This document shows positions 23,951 to 36,158 of a stretch of 64,000 nt of DNA, one piece after another. Location of the stretch: the NCBI GenBank assembly GCA_965113315.1, contig OZ220365.1; one strand, written 5' to 3'. Position 1 is the stretch's first letter. Every line of letters starts with the position of its first letter. A program made the translations under genes and the position numbers. Under the pieces are notes generated by a model, which ran no database searches, was not told the origin of the DNA, and was given only the letters and a program-made list of their open reading frames with translations. This DNA is from Podarcis vaucheri. Lineage: Eukaryota.

Positions 23951-26900
23951 GTAAGTGCTTTTGACAGTGGGATGCTTCCAGTGGTAAAAATTATGCTTTT
24001 GAACATAATGTACTTAAGTACATTTTCCAGTGGTGTCATATACTGCACCAGTTTATTACATTTCAACTTTGTGTGTATATTTGCTGAATTTTTCATTCTG
24101 TTCCTTGTAAGCTAAGTGTCAGGGAACTAAATTTGCTTAGTCTAGGAAAATTAGTGGACTCCTTTTTTTTTTAAGTACTCTAGTAGGTTACATCAAGCTC
24201 AATTTAGGACATTGTTAGGTTTGTGAGTAGCCTGTTCTTCTAAGCAGATATTATGCAAGTCTTGAAAGAAGTGTCATGTCCTGAGATGTAACATGCTGCT
24301 TGCATCCCAAACTGCAAACACAACAATTGAGTTTCACAATGTATGTTAGTAATTTTGCTGATGGAGCAGATTTGGATGGAAACTGGAGGGAGAAAAGACT
24401 TAAATTGTTCATATGAACTTTGGGTTCAGGGGATTCCACTCCTGTGGAATTCTTTATTTTTCTTTGGTGACAACTCTGTTGATAAGAGTGTGTTCTTATT
24501 TACTATTATGAGACTAGTTCTAAATCAGCAGGGATAAATAACAAAAGACAAGAAAACATTTTCAAGAGCATTTTTTTAAAAAATTGCTGCTTTCTAAGGT
24601 GATGTAAAAATGTCATAATGCTTCCTTAAAGAAGAATTACTTGTTCTGTCCATGAACAATTTTATGCAAGTCAATGTATTTGCTAATGTACAGATCCCAG
24701 TGAAAACTTTTGCACTCAAGAGCATCATGTGGACTTGGGATGTATCCTGGAAGATATTGAATCCATCAGTGGAAACATTATCTTGATAGTTTGACAGTTA
24801 TAATCTTACTCACACATGTTTCATAATGTTTACTGAAAGAAATGGTTCACTACTTCAGATCAGCACACTGGTGCTATGAAAGATAAGTACCACAGCTCAG
24901 CATGACTGAACTCAGCAGGGGACACTAAAATAATTAACCTTTGTATTAACATCTAGGATTTCCAGTGTTTGCCGTGGATGTAAAAGATGCACTTTGTCAT
25001 TAACATATATGGCAGAAGAAAAACAAATGAAACCGGGTGTAGCCTTGTGTGGGGTACCAGTTCTCATTTTAATACCTGCTTCTTTAGTTTAATGATGTTA
25101 CCTTTCCTTTGCAAGTTAAGTAAAAAGTTGGGGGGACTGCATTGTTCTGCTATCTGATGCACAGTGTGCAGTAATAAAGCCTAGCCCGTGTAACATTTCT
25201 GATTTTCAAATTGACTTTGAAGCATTGTTGTAAACATTTGTAAATCTTATCGGGTAATATGTTTAAGGTGTTTTTCAAGCAATAAATGCTTTACTTCTTT
25301 TTTCATGAAAATGCACCTTTCAACTGTCTTGCAAATTGAGTTTTATAATTGATAAAAGTTATTAGTTGACTCAATTCCAACTTGGAATTCCTTCCAAGAG
25401 GTTCATGGTAAAGCTGAATGTACACAAATATCGGAACTTGCTAGAGGATCTTGCAGTAATAGTAATGTTGGTTTTAAAGTTCTCTGTTCTAGAAAGCAGA
25501 GATTGATTTTATTTTAAGCTTACATTTTAAGATTAGGGTTGTGCCAGGTATTTTCCAGTTCATACTAACATGCCCAAGGACTAGCGCTTTGCATATATTA
25601 TTTTCATTTATCTAATTGATTCTGTTTATGAATCACTTCCCATAAAATATGTCAGAACACTTCACAATGAGAACTTCAACAATGAAACTAATTAAAGACA
25701 AATTCTGTATATAAAAACAATTTCAAATCTGAGACAGACTGGGATTAAAACCTTGAAAAAGGAAGGTCTTCAATAGGTTCCAAAAGATGATAGAGATGGT
25801 GCCTCTCTGTTGTGTAACGGGAGGCAGTTTCAAAGGGTGCCACCACTCTGAAGGCCTGGTTCCACACTTCCTTCTGTTATTTGCTGCCTGTGGTTCAGCT
25901 AAAACAAAACAACTTGCATGAGCTGAAAACACTTCCAGTTGCCCAAGGAGTGACATAGGTTTCTGCTGATCTCGCCCACCCTGGCCAGTAGCTGCAGATT
26001 CTTGTACAATATGAAGTGTGCTCTGAGGTCACAAGGCAGGAGGAAGTGGGAAAGCCACTTTCTTTGAGCAGAACATTAGGGTTCTATATTGCTATTTTGG
26101 TGTTTTTTTCCCTTATTACTGCCACTTGATGTTCCTGGGACTGACCAAAAGCCAGTCAAGAATCATGTTGTAAATGTGATGACATCACTTAGCCAATCAG
26201 ATTTAGCTGCATTGCAGCATCAGAAAGCCAATTCAAAGTGAAGATGTCATCACTAAGATCTCACATGGAATGGTCTTAGTGATGACATCATGTGACAATT
26301 AGATTTGACTGTGTGACATCACAAAGTTGATTTGCCAAATGCCAGAAGGGGTGCTCTTGTTCATAGCATTATTGGGAATATTGATCAGCACTTAGGCTTA
26401 TAAATTGATTTAAAGCACAAATAATAAAAGTTTTAGCTGAATCCGAGTCTCTTCCACATTTGCGCCCTTTCTGATGTTTTAGGGATTCTGCTGTTGTGCT
26501 GTCTCTACTCTCCACCTCAAGTCTTCATCAGACAAAGAAACTATAGAATTGAAATCCTTTTTTAAAAAATTGAGATAAGACCTAAGGAAGGTGTATAGAA
26601 AAGATGTAACAAGCCCTTTTCTGTGTAACTCATAAGTATGTAATAGAAGAATAAGTGTATATGTCATATGATTATTACTTTTAAAAGATAAACTTTATGA
26701 TACTTCTTGGATTTTACTGTGTGATGTTATTTGATTTTCAATATTATGATTCTGCACATTGTGATATTTCTGTTTATCTGGGCAGTAAACTTTAACTGCA
26801 TTTTTAAAAGAATTTTGCATTAATCAATGTGATATTTGCATAATTTGTTGGGCAGTGTGTATAAAAGAATTCAGAATGTGTTCATCACTTGAGACTTGTA

Positions 26901-29286
26901 TGGGACAGTGAATATCATTTCTTTAGCAAGATTTTCGCTTTAACAGTGTTAGTATGATTACTGTTGCTTCATGTCCACCATTTATGCATACCTGCCAGTG
27001 TGTAAAGTCTGCATAAAGTGGAGAACAGGATCACTTTGTGTGCACCTATCACTTCCCTGGACTGCCTCATGTTCACATAGATATCTTTACCTAAACTCAA
27101 CTTCAAATGTATGTGGGTCTCATTGGCATTAGCCTTACCCCTAAAATTATGTGTGTAGGGTTGCATGTGCATAAATCCCATTTAAATATTATATCCAATT
27201 CGTAGATTCCAAGCAGACATGACTTAGGAGCAGGCAGCTATTGTAATTATTTTCTGCCACCACATGCAGAAATATTCATATATCTCTGTAAAAGGTTATA
27301 TTGTAATGTTTCTACAATATGGTGCTAGTTAGCCACAGAAGGCAATGTGTTTTATGACATTTATAGGACACACAATAGCAAAGTTCTCTGGGTGGCTTAC
27401 AGTTAAATCTGAATGTATGTTTCCAGAACTTTTGAGACACTTAGGCTGCAATCTTATGCACTTTTGAGCATAGGATTGCACTATTGGCCCTATTAATATA
27501 TTGACAAACATGCATGGGTTTTTTTCCCCTTGAAATTTCAGATTTTAAAAATTGTAGCCTTGCTAACTTTCCATTACATTTTTCTATACCCTGACTGACA
27601 TGGCATTAATTATGACCTGGCCCGTTTTCCTTGTTTTACTGCCTTTTGTTGCATAATGAAAAATTGCTTGTCTGCACTGCCTTGGTTACCCACACAGCCT
27701 CCTAGTATGCTTGAAGCTATATTTTAAATGAAAATGCAGTGTAGAAATAATAATGAATCCTCTCTCATTTTAGTGTTTAACTAGTAATTGGAATCAAGTG
27801 ACGGGTTAAATAAGAGAGACTTGTAGCTGGAAACTGTGCACATTTAAGAACAAAATAACAAACTTTGGATCCCAGCAGTGTTTTATTCTCAACTTTCTTC
27901 ATAGTTTCAGGAAAAGAAACAATACAACCATCTGGATAAGAGAAAATGTATTTAATAGTTACTAAGTGAATGAAGAAAACTGCAATTAGTTTCTTTAGGA
28001 AAACCTGAAGGAAGTATCAGTAAATCTAGGTGTTTGGGGAGCTGCAGTTGCGGCTTCATTTATTTTATTCTTGTCCAAGAAGGTCCCCCTCACCGTGTGT
28101 TGGGAATCTTGAAACCCAGCAAGTTGCTTCTTTTTTTAAAAAAACAACCCAAAACACTCCCCCACCACTGTCCCAAGTAGTAATCTAGAAACTGGAGGTT
28201 TAAGCATCTATCTATATCAGTGAAGACATTGCTTTCTAATCTCAAGAAAAAAGAAGACAATTTCAGGTATCAATGTGAGAATTGTGATATTGCTGATTAG
28301 TAGTGGTTGGCTAGTCTGTTGAAATGTGGATTCATATATGCTCATTTTCAAAAGTAGTGCTGCTTGTGGTGCTGTGTGTGTGTTTTCTTCTAAAAGTGGA
28401 TAATTTCAAATTTTCACTTTTCAAAGTGTTTGCTCAAGTGGAGTCCATGTTAAACGAAGTGTGGTAAATAAATTTAAAGAGTTTGGATCAAGAGGTAGCC
28501 TTCTGCAAATGGAAGAGCTGGCAATCCAGTGGAGGCTGCTATTCACAGAAAGAGGAAGAGGGGATTCTAAATTCCTGAGCACATTTTTAGGGGCACCAGG
28601 GGACTCTGCTCATGCAATCTCTGGATCCAGCCCAGAATGTAATAAAAGGCCCCTTCACTGTCATTTTTCATAGAAATAGCTGTTAAAGTCTTTAGTCTTT
28701 AGTATTTAGTAATCAACCAATTGCTGCTGTGGTGAAGTATCACTGCATATTTTGCATACATTTAAGTTCTAATTGAATTATCAGAATATACATTTTATAT
28801 TTATATTTAGCTCAAAACATTTACAGTTTTTCCCTTTTCTTGTGTGTGTATACCTTCAAACCGAGAGTTATGCTTTGTGCATTGAATGGAGTGGGCTGTA
28901 GTCTATAAAAGAGTGTGTACTGTCATTTTTTTAGTCCTGATGGTGCCATGAGACTCGTTCTAGTTTTTGTCGTGCACCACAATATACATTTACGAATGTG
29001 AAACTGAAGTTCCAGTAGCACACACACAGAGATCACTTGGACTAATGATAAAACTCTTTCAAACCAATGCTGTGTATAATGACATGGATGCCAAATTTTA
29101 TATTGTAAATGTTTGGTTTTATTATGAAAATAAATAAGAACATTTATATATTAAAAAGAAATTGCAGATCCATTGGAGAATTATATCATTTTCCCTATAT
29201 TTTTTATGTGTTTGGCTTTGTTAAACATAATGAAGAGAGAAAAACAGACAAAATAACCCTTTGCTGCTATTTTAATTTTTATCTAG

Positions 29287-29422
29287 GAAACCAGATTTGA
29301 CAGACTCTGCTTCGCTGCTAGAGACATTTAAATTCCTTGAAAATGCTGCAGCAGAATTTAGTGATGAGGACGAAGATGATGATATTGATGGAAGAGAGAG
29401 AACAATCATGGACACTTCAACG
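29287..29422 (+). CDS. STRN: STRN exon 6
   Basis: atctag|KPDLTDSASLLETFKFLENAAAEFSDEDEDDDIDGRERTIMDTST|gtgggc. Confidence 0.94.
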
Positions 29423-29576
29423 GTGGGCTGAGAACTCTTAATCATAGAACAAGACTTTCAGTGATGGGATCTTAAAAATCATGATATGGCATATATTCCA
29501 ATCATGTGTGAGCAAATGCAAAGATAAAAAAAATTCCTTCCAGTAGCACCTTAAAGACCAACTAAGTTAGTTCTTG

Positions 29577-29614
29577 GTATGAGCTTTCGTGTGCATGCAC
29601 ACTTCTTCAGATAC
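29577..29614 (-). ncRNA. Mirror copy of minimal hammerhead ribozyme
   Basis: Reverse complement of 31836-31873. Confidence 0.82.
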
Positions 29615-29647
29615 ACTGAAACAGAAGTTGCCAGATCCTTCTATATA
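29615..29647 (-). promoter_or_regulatory. Mirror TATA + Inr core promoter, antisense to STRN
   Basis: Reverse complement of 31803-31835. Confidence 0.55.
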
Positions 29648-29793
29648 GTGAGAAGGTGGGGAGGGGTGTTACTCAGAAGGGTGGTGGGAATGGGAGATAG
29701 GCAGATAGCTGGGAGAGCCTGTTGACGACTCTTAACGACTGTAATAGGTCTTACAGGAAAAGGCAAGGGGTGAGGAGGTGAGAAATGGTTTAG

Positions 29794-30636
29794 TCATGTA
29801 TAGTGAGATAAGAATCCAATGTCTTTGTTAAGCCCAGGTTTTTCCATGGTTTTAAGTTTGGTAATGAGTTGTAATTCAGCAGCTTCTCTTTCCAGTCTGT
29901 TTCTGAAATTCCTTTGTAGTAAAACAGCTACTTTGAGATCTTGTATAGAATGTCCTGGGAGATTGAAGTGTTCTCCTACTGGTTTCTCTGTTTTGTGATT
30001 CTTGATGTCAGATTTATGTCCGTTTATTCTTTGGCGTAAGGTTTGGCCTGTTTGTCCAATATAGAGAGCTGAAGGACACTGTTGGCATTTGATGGCATAC
30101 ACAATGTTAGACGATGAGCAATTAAATAGTCCCGAGATGGTATGTGTGATGTTGTTGGGGCCAGTAATGGTGTTGTCCGGGTGTATGTGGCAGCAAAGTT
30201 GGCATCTGGGTTTATTGCAGGCTCTGGTGCCAGTGTCTGTGTTAAGTCTGGTTGTAGTATTATTGTGGGTTAGGAGTTGTTTAAGATTGGGTGGCTGTCT
30301 GTAGGCAATGAAAGGTCTTCCTCCCAGAGCTTGAGAAAGAGAACTGTCATTGTCCAGGAGAGGTTGTAGATCTCTGATGATGCGTTGTACTGTTTTAACT
30401 TGGGAGCTGTATGTGATGACTAGAGGTGTTCTGTTATTTTCTTTTTTGGGTCTGTCTTGCAGCAAGTTCTCTCTGGGTATCAGTCTGGCTCTGTTGATCT
30501 GTTGTCTAACTTCATCTGCTGGGTATTTTAGTTCTGAGAAGGTTTGCTGTAGATCTCTTAGGTGAGAGTCTCTGTCTGTAGAATTGGAACAGATGCGGCT
30601 GTAACGTAGTGCCTGGCTATATACAATGGACTGTTT
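29794..30636 (-). pseudogene. Mirror copy of the truncated Neptune-like ORF
   Basis: Translation identical from KQSIVYSQ to FLSHYT. Confidence 0.9.
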
Positions 30637-31656
30637 AAATTTAATGATTTTCACCCCACAATCAACCTTACAATGAATCAATCTATGCAAGAAATACATT
30701 TTTTGGACACTACTATAAAAATACAGGATGGGCGCATAGACACCACCTTATACCGCAAACCAACTGACCGACAAACATATCTACATGCCTCTAGCTACCA
30801 TCCCAAACATACCAAACAGTCCATTGTATATAGCCAGGCACTACGTTACAGCCGCATCTGTTCCAATTCTACAGACAGAGACTCTCACCTAAGAGATCTA
30901 CAGCAAACCTTCTCAGAACTAAAATACCCAGCAGATGAAGTTAGACAACAGATCAACAGAGCCAGACTGATACCCAGAGAGAACTTGCTGCAAGACAGAC
31001 CCAAAAAAGAAAATAACAGAACACCTCTAGTCATCACATACAGCTCCCAAGTTAAAACAGTACAACGCATCATCAGAGATCTACAACCTCTCCTGGACAA
31101 TGACAGTTCTCTTTCTCAAGCTCTGGGAGGAAGACCTTTCATTGCCTACAGACAGCCACCCAATCTTAAACAACTCCTAACCCACAATAATACTACAACC
31201 AGACTTAACACAGACACTGGCACCAGAGCCTGCAATAAACCCAGATGCCAACTTTGCTGCCACATACACCCGGACAACACCATTACTGGCCCCAACAACA
31301 TCACACATACCATCTCGGGACTATTTAATTGCTCATCGTCTAACATTGTGTATGCCATCAAATGCCAACAGTGTCCTTCAGCTCTCTATATTGGACAAAC
31401 AGGCCAAACCTTACGCCAAAGAATAAACGGACATAAATCTGACATCAAGAATCACAAAACAGAGAAACCAGTAGGAGAACACTTCAATCTCCCAGGACAT
31501 TCTATACAAGATCTCAAAGTAGCTGTTTTACTACAAAGGAATTTCAGAAACAGACTGGAAAGAGAAGCTGCTGAATTACAACTCATTACCAAACTTAAAA
31601 CCATGGAAAAACCTGGGCTTAACAAAGACATTGGATTCTTATCTCACTATACATGA
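30637..31656 (+). pseudogene. 5'-truncated PLE ORF: RT C-terminus/thumb, Cys-rich linker, GIY-YIG endonuclease
   Basis: FNDFHPTINLT..IHFLDT..LYRKPTD..YLHASSYHP; CNKPRCQLC linker (Neptune-type); NIVYAIKCQQC..LYIGQT..R..H; GLN; RT catalytic core missing. Confidence 0.9.
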
Positions 31657-31802
31657 CTAAACCATTTCTCACCTCCTCACCCCTTGCCTTTTCCTGTAAG
31701 ACCTATTACAGTCGTTAAGAGTCGTCAACAGGCTCTCCCAGCTATCTGCCTATCTCCCATTCCCACCACCCTTCTGAGTAACACCCCTCCCCACCTTCTC
31801 AC

Positions 31803-31835
31803 TATATAGAAGGATCTGGCAACTTCTGTTTCAGT
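31803..31835 (+). promoter_or_regulatory. TATA + Inr core promoter of pLTR
   Basis: TATATAGA at 31803 and TCAGT Inr at 31831-31835 (A+1 = 31833, spacing 30 nt). Confidence 0.6.
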
Positions 31836-31873
31836 GTATCTGAAGAAGTGTGCATGCACACGAAAGCTCATAC
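31836..31873 (+). ncRNA. Minimal type I hammerhead ribozyme in Neptune-like pLTR
   Basis: GTAT-CTGAAGA-A-GTGTGC-AT-GCACAC-GAAA-GC-TC-ATAC: stem I GTAT/ATAC, core CUGAAGA and GAAA, stem II, palindromic AGCT stem III, predicted cut after C31869. Confidence 0.85.
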
Positions 31874-32291
31874 CAAGAACTAACTTAGTTGGTCTTTAAG
31901 GTGCTACTGGAAGGAATTTTTTTTATTTTGACTATGGCAGACCAACACGGCTACCTATCTACTACTGGAACCATCAAATGCAAAGATTTAATCATGGCAC
32001 ATTTTTGCAAGTCGGCCTGATAAATGGTATTCTAGTACTGTATTGCTACCTCCTGTCCAATTAAAAGAAGCCTAGCTTGGCCTCCTCCTCTACAATTTAC
32101 ACACGGCTTTGATTAAATTAGATTAAATTCCCTAGTGTTCTAAAGATTATATAGTACATTAGTATTTAAGTTAGATTTAAAATGAACAGTGATGTATATA
32201 TCCTTCTCTTCTGTCCCCCGCCCCCCGAGTTCAGGGATATGTAGAAATAATACAGACAGAAATGTTTCATTTCATTTTCTGTCCTTCATAG

Positions 32292-32427
32292 ATTGTGAGG
32301 AAAAGGGTGCTATCAGATAGCAGTGAAGACCGAGATACTGAAGAGGCCTTGAAGGAGTTTGATTTCTTGGCTACATCCGATGAAGGAGATGGAGAGTCAA
32401 GAAGTTCAGGAGACGGCACAGACTGGG
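32292..32427 (+). CDS. STRN: STRN exon 7
   Basis: tcatag|IVRKRVLSDSSEDRDTEEALKEFDFLATSDEGDGESRSSGDGTDW|gtaagg. Confidence 0.95.
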
Positions 32428-35400
32428 GTAAGGAAGTAAAAAGGAATTCTTCAGAAATGCAGGAACTTGGTTAAATGCAAAAAAATGTAGCCGTTGTAAT
32501 ATTGTTGAGGATATGCTGCTGTAGCTCTGGGGTGACACAAGCCCTGCCAGATCCTCCCCACCTTTGTATTTTATCTAGATAGAATAAACTATTTTATTGA
32601 AGTTATTATTTTCTATGAATAGTTTGAATTAGTTGTAAGATGTAACTTTTAAAACTCTATTCTGTAAGGAAATTGGCTATTCTTTTGGGATGCCACTAAA
32701 ACATCTTACAAAACCTTCTAACTCCTTAGGAACATGGCAGATACAGTGTCTTAGCCATGCAATGCTATGGAAACTGGCTGTAGAGGTAACCCAGTAGGAG
32801 AACGCTGTAGGTCATGTGCCTGTCATGACTTTATGTGTTTCATTGGTTGGCCAAGAAGGAAAAAACACTTGGTTCAATCTCATTACATAAGAGCACGACC
32901 AAGACATAGACCAACTCCACCACTTGATACTTCTCGGCGTTAAAGCCCTTGGGCCAGAATAAGCCCCACAGAGTCTGCTTTGGCATTAGCTTCATGACTT
33001 CAGTTAGTGAAATGGTAGAGTAAAAAAACAGAATGAAATAGCAGACAATGTGAGCCTGTTTCAGGGCAAAATGGCCAGATGGGAGTCTGACATGCAGTGT
33101 CAGGGCTTCCCATTCCTTCTGAAGCCTGTTTTGCATGCTGGGTTCACTTTCATTCTCCGCACTCCCTTTGCCTACCAGACCAAGATTGATATTTAAGAAT
33201 GTATAAAATGCTTAATATAGAATATCTGTGAGTGGTGAACAAGAGGACATAAGAATAAATAATATAAGATCAATCAAATAAAAACTATGAAGCGTAATTT
33301 AGCTTCTTTTGTAGATTGTATCTCTGCAAACTCAAAATACAACTGGGGAAGACCAGAGTAAACAGAGAAGTTTTCAGCAGGTGTCTAAAATGCAGAATAT
33401 CTGTCTCCTATCTCCTTACATGTCAGTTGTTATATACATTATTTTTACTTGGCACTTCCTTGATGGCATTTCACTTCTTCCAGAGTGGCCAAATACAAAT
33501 AATTCGAAACGGGATTGAAATGATGCCTTTGCCTTTGCAATCTGTTTCTGAAGGGTCCATCATACTAACCCATTTCCTGCAGATATTCTTGTAATCCTTT
33601 ATAAACTCATACCTATCCATATTTACTGTTCCTCTGGGCTGTGTGTGTGTGTGAGTGAGTGAGAGAGATGTCCCTTTACTTGGGAGCTCTCCTCCTGGCT
33701 GATACTCCAGTTACTTCACTCTTAGCCAGTTTCTGTTGCAATCATGATTGGTTAGTCCTTCTTATCCGGCATTCTTGTTGTAAACTCTGCATCTATTCCT
33801 ACTTCATTAGCTACTTGCTTCCTGACGATCACTTTTTGCTTAGTTTCCCAGCCTTTGGATTTTGTAACCTCCATTTGCTGATCTTCCTCTGCTCCATCCT
33901 CTCCACATCTGGCTATGTTTTGTTTTTCTTTCTCCCTCCCACACCTGTTCAAATGGCATAGGTTGAATCCATCATACCTTATGCTCCACTGACTCTGGCA
34001 GCCCAATCACATGCATGCTTTACCTGGAGGAAGTCCCACCAAATTCTGTGGGGCTTAATCCTAGGTAAGTATGCATATGCTATGAACGTGAAATCTGAGA
34101 GCGGGATACTGTTGTGCATCAGTATTCAGAAATGGAAGGGGAAAAAATCTGAGTAATCTATATAGTTTATTAGAGCAAGATTTGCCTCATGTGACAAACA
34201 GACTTTAAAAACAAAACAAAACAAAACAAAACACTGGAATGGGTTACTTTTCAAAAAGCCGCTTGAATGAATTTTTAAATGTGTTCTCACAGGTGATGTA
34301 TAAGCAGAGGTAAAAACACGTTAGGACAAGTCAGAATGCCATTTCTACACAATATCTGGGGTTATGTGTAATTATAGCAACTCCCTTCTCCTTGTGACCC
34401 TCCCAAAAAGGTAACAACAGGTGGAATGCCATTTCATAAGATCTGCAGAGGTAGCAGCAGTGTTGTGCACCTGACATGAACACAGTCAGGTGGTTGGCAC
34501 CAGGGACGTGAAACACAAACAATTTGTACCTTTTTTATTGGCTTCTTGGTGATGAGAGTAAAGAATAATAATAATTGGGGGGTGTATTAGTTTTTGTTAC
34601 TATGTTATGCATTTTTGTGTTTTTATATTATAAACTGCTCTGTGATCCTTGGGTGAAGGGCGGTATAGAAATTTTAATAATGATGATGGTGATGATGATG
34701 TTACAATGCTCCGTGTTGGCTTCATTGTAATACAGACACTCTTGTATAAGCAGATGGCAAGTTGCAAAATTCTTCTGAAGTTCAGCCTGCGCTTGGAAAA
34801 CAGTTCCCAAAACGCTGTGTTACATGTCATTACAGAACGTACATTTAAGTGTGCTTTCAGATGGAATCCTTTGCAAGTGTTAAGCATGCTCACTTGGCTT
34901 ATGCGACACCAGCATGGCATATGAAAATGTGCCAAGTCCTGTGGTAGACTTTGCTACTCTGAATTGACTTGCAGGATCAGTAATGTGGCAGTCTCCAAAT
35001 CAGTTATTAAATGAACCTCTTATTAGATGATACCCCTGGGCTTAAAGTACCTTCATTCCACTTGCTTTCTCATGTTACACTAGTTGGGGGTGCTTGTCAT
35101 TTTGATGCAGCCTAAGATTCAGCCTTGGTGTAAAGTGTGGTTTGTGGAACCACAGGACCTCTGGGTTGTGTGCCTTCTGCTATAGCTGGTGTAAAATGTC
35201 ATAATTTGAACTGTATGAATGAGACCAGGTTCTTCTTACAGCTCTTGAACACCATTATTGCAAGGAGACACACCCACATTGAAGCATAATGCCTAGATTT
35301 ACTGTTTCTGTTACTATCTAATGCAGTGGTGTGCCCGTTTTCTTACTAAAGAATTTTAGTAATTTATTTTTATCTATGTTGCGCAACATAAGAGAAACCC

Positions 35401-36158
35401 AGTCAAAAGTAAGTGGGTATTCAAAGACTCAAGTAACATAGACAGTGAAGACTGAAAGGGGAAATGTTTGAAGTAATTACCAATTACATTAAAAATGAAG
35501 TATTTTCACTCAGAATGAATAAAGGGTTGGGATCAGAAACTGGCTATTGTTAACACCAACCCCCAATTACATTTTTGAAGACTTCTGAACAAGTGAAATA
35601 GAATGGCACTTAGGCTCAATTGAGCTGTGGTGGAGTCAGCATTATTTTGGCTCAGTCCATTTATAAAGCGGAGAGGGGTGGGTCGATCTTACTTTTGATA
35701 GTACAAGCTGTGCAGCGAGGGGAGTGCTGAACTCTTTCCCCACTTATGCTTTATCTGTCTGCAATCAGTTGCTCCAGCAGCTTTTATCCTATTTCTGACT
35801 CTGATAACAGCAGTGAGCTGAGAACAGAGAAAAGGAGCTGGAACAACACTTAGGGAAAGCATGGCACTGAGTGGGGAAGGGTTCAGGGCTCTTCTCCTGT
35901 TCCTCTGCTAAACAACACTCCCCCTTCCTCACCATATGAACAAGGTGAACATGTGAAAAGAAGCACATACCACTTGCCCTTCAACTGCAGCACTGTTTAT
36001 TGTTGCCTTTAAAAAAAACCAAATGTATAGATCAGCAACTTCTGCCGCCTTCAGTGCAAAATAAATAAATTACTTATAGATCAGCAGCTGCTGCCTTCTT
36101 CAGTATCAAATAAATAAATGACATAAAGAGGATGTTTCATTTGTTTTACTTTGTCTAG

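Larger units (their letters stand above)
29526..31974. mobile_element. Neptune-like PLE insertion, 5'-truncated, with inverted duplication, in STRN intron 6
   Basis: Arms 29524-30636 and 30814-31926 are reverse complements (sum 61450); 13-bp TSD CAAATGCAAAGAT at 29513-29525 and 31975-31987. Confidence 0.95.

Noticed and set aside
27590-27770. Possible cryptic/poison exon in intron 5 (pyrimidine tract then CACACAG)
   Set aside because: No convincing downstream donor and no way to show conservation or usage from sequence alone
29794-30699. 301-aa minus-strand ORF as an independent endonuclease gene with a novel N-terminus
   Set aside because: The first ~21 residues are read antisense through the palindrome spacer; the rest is the mirror of the truncated PLE ORF
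29524-31926. Palindrome as a sequencing or assembly fold-back artefact
   Set aside because: Unique flanks on both sides, a 13-bp TSD, an asymmetric 177-nt loop and unequal 3' ends fit a real insertion; artefact cannot be fully excluded for the 1-1032 palindrome because its outer flank is outside the window
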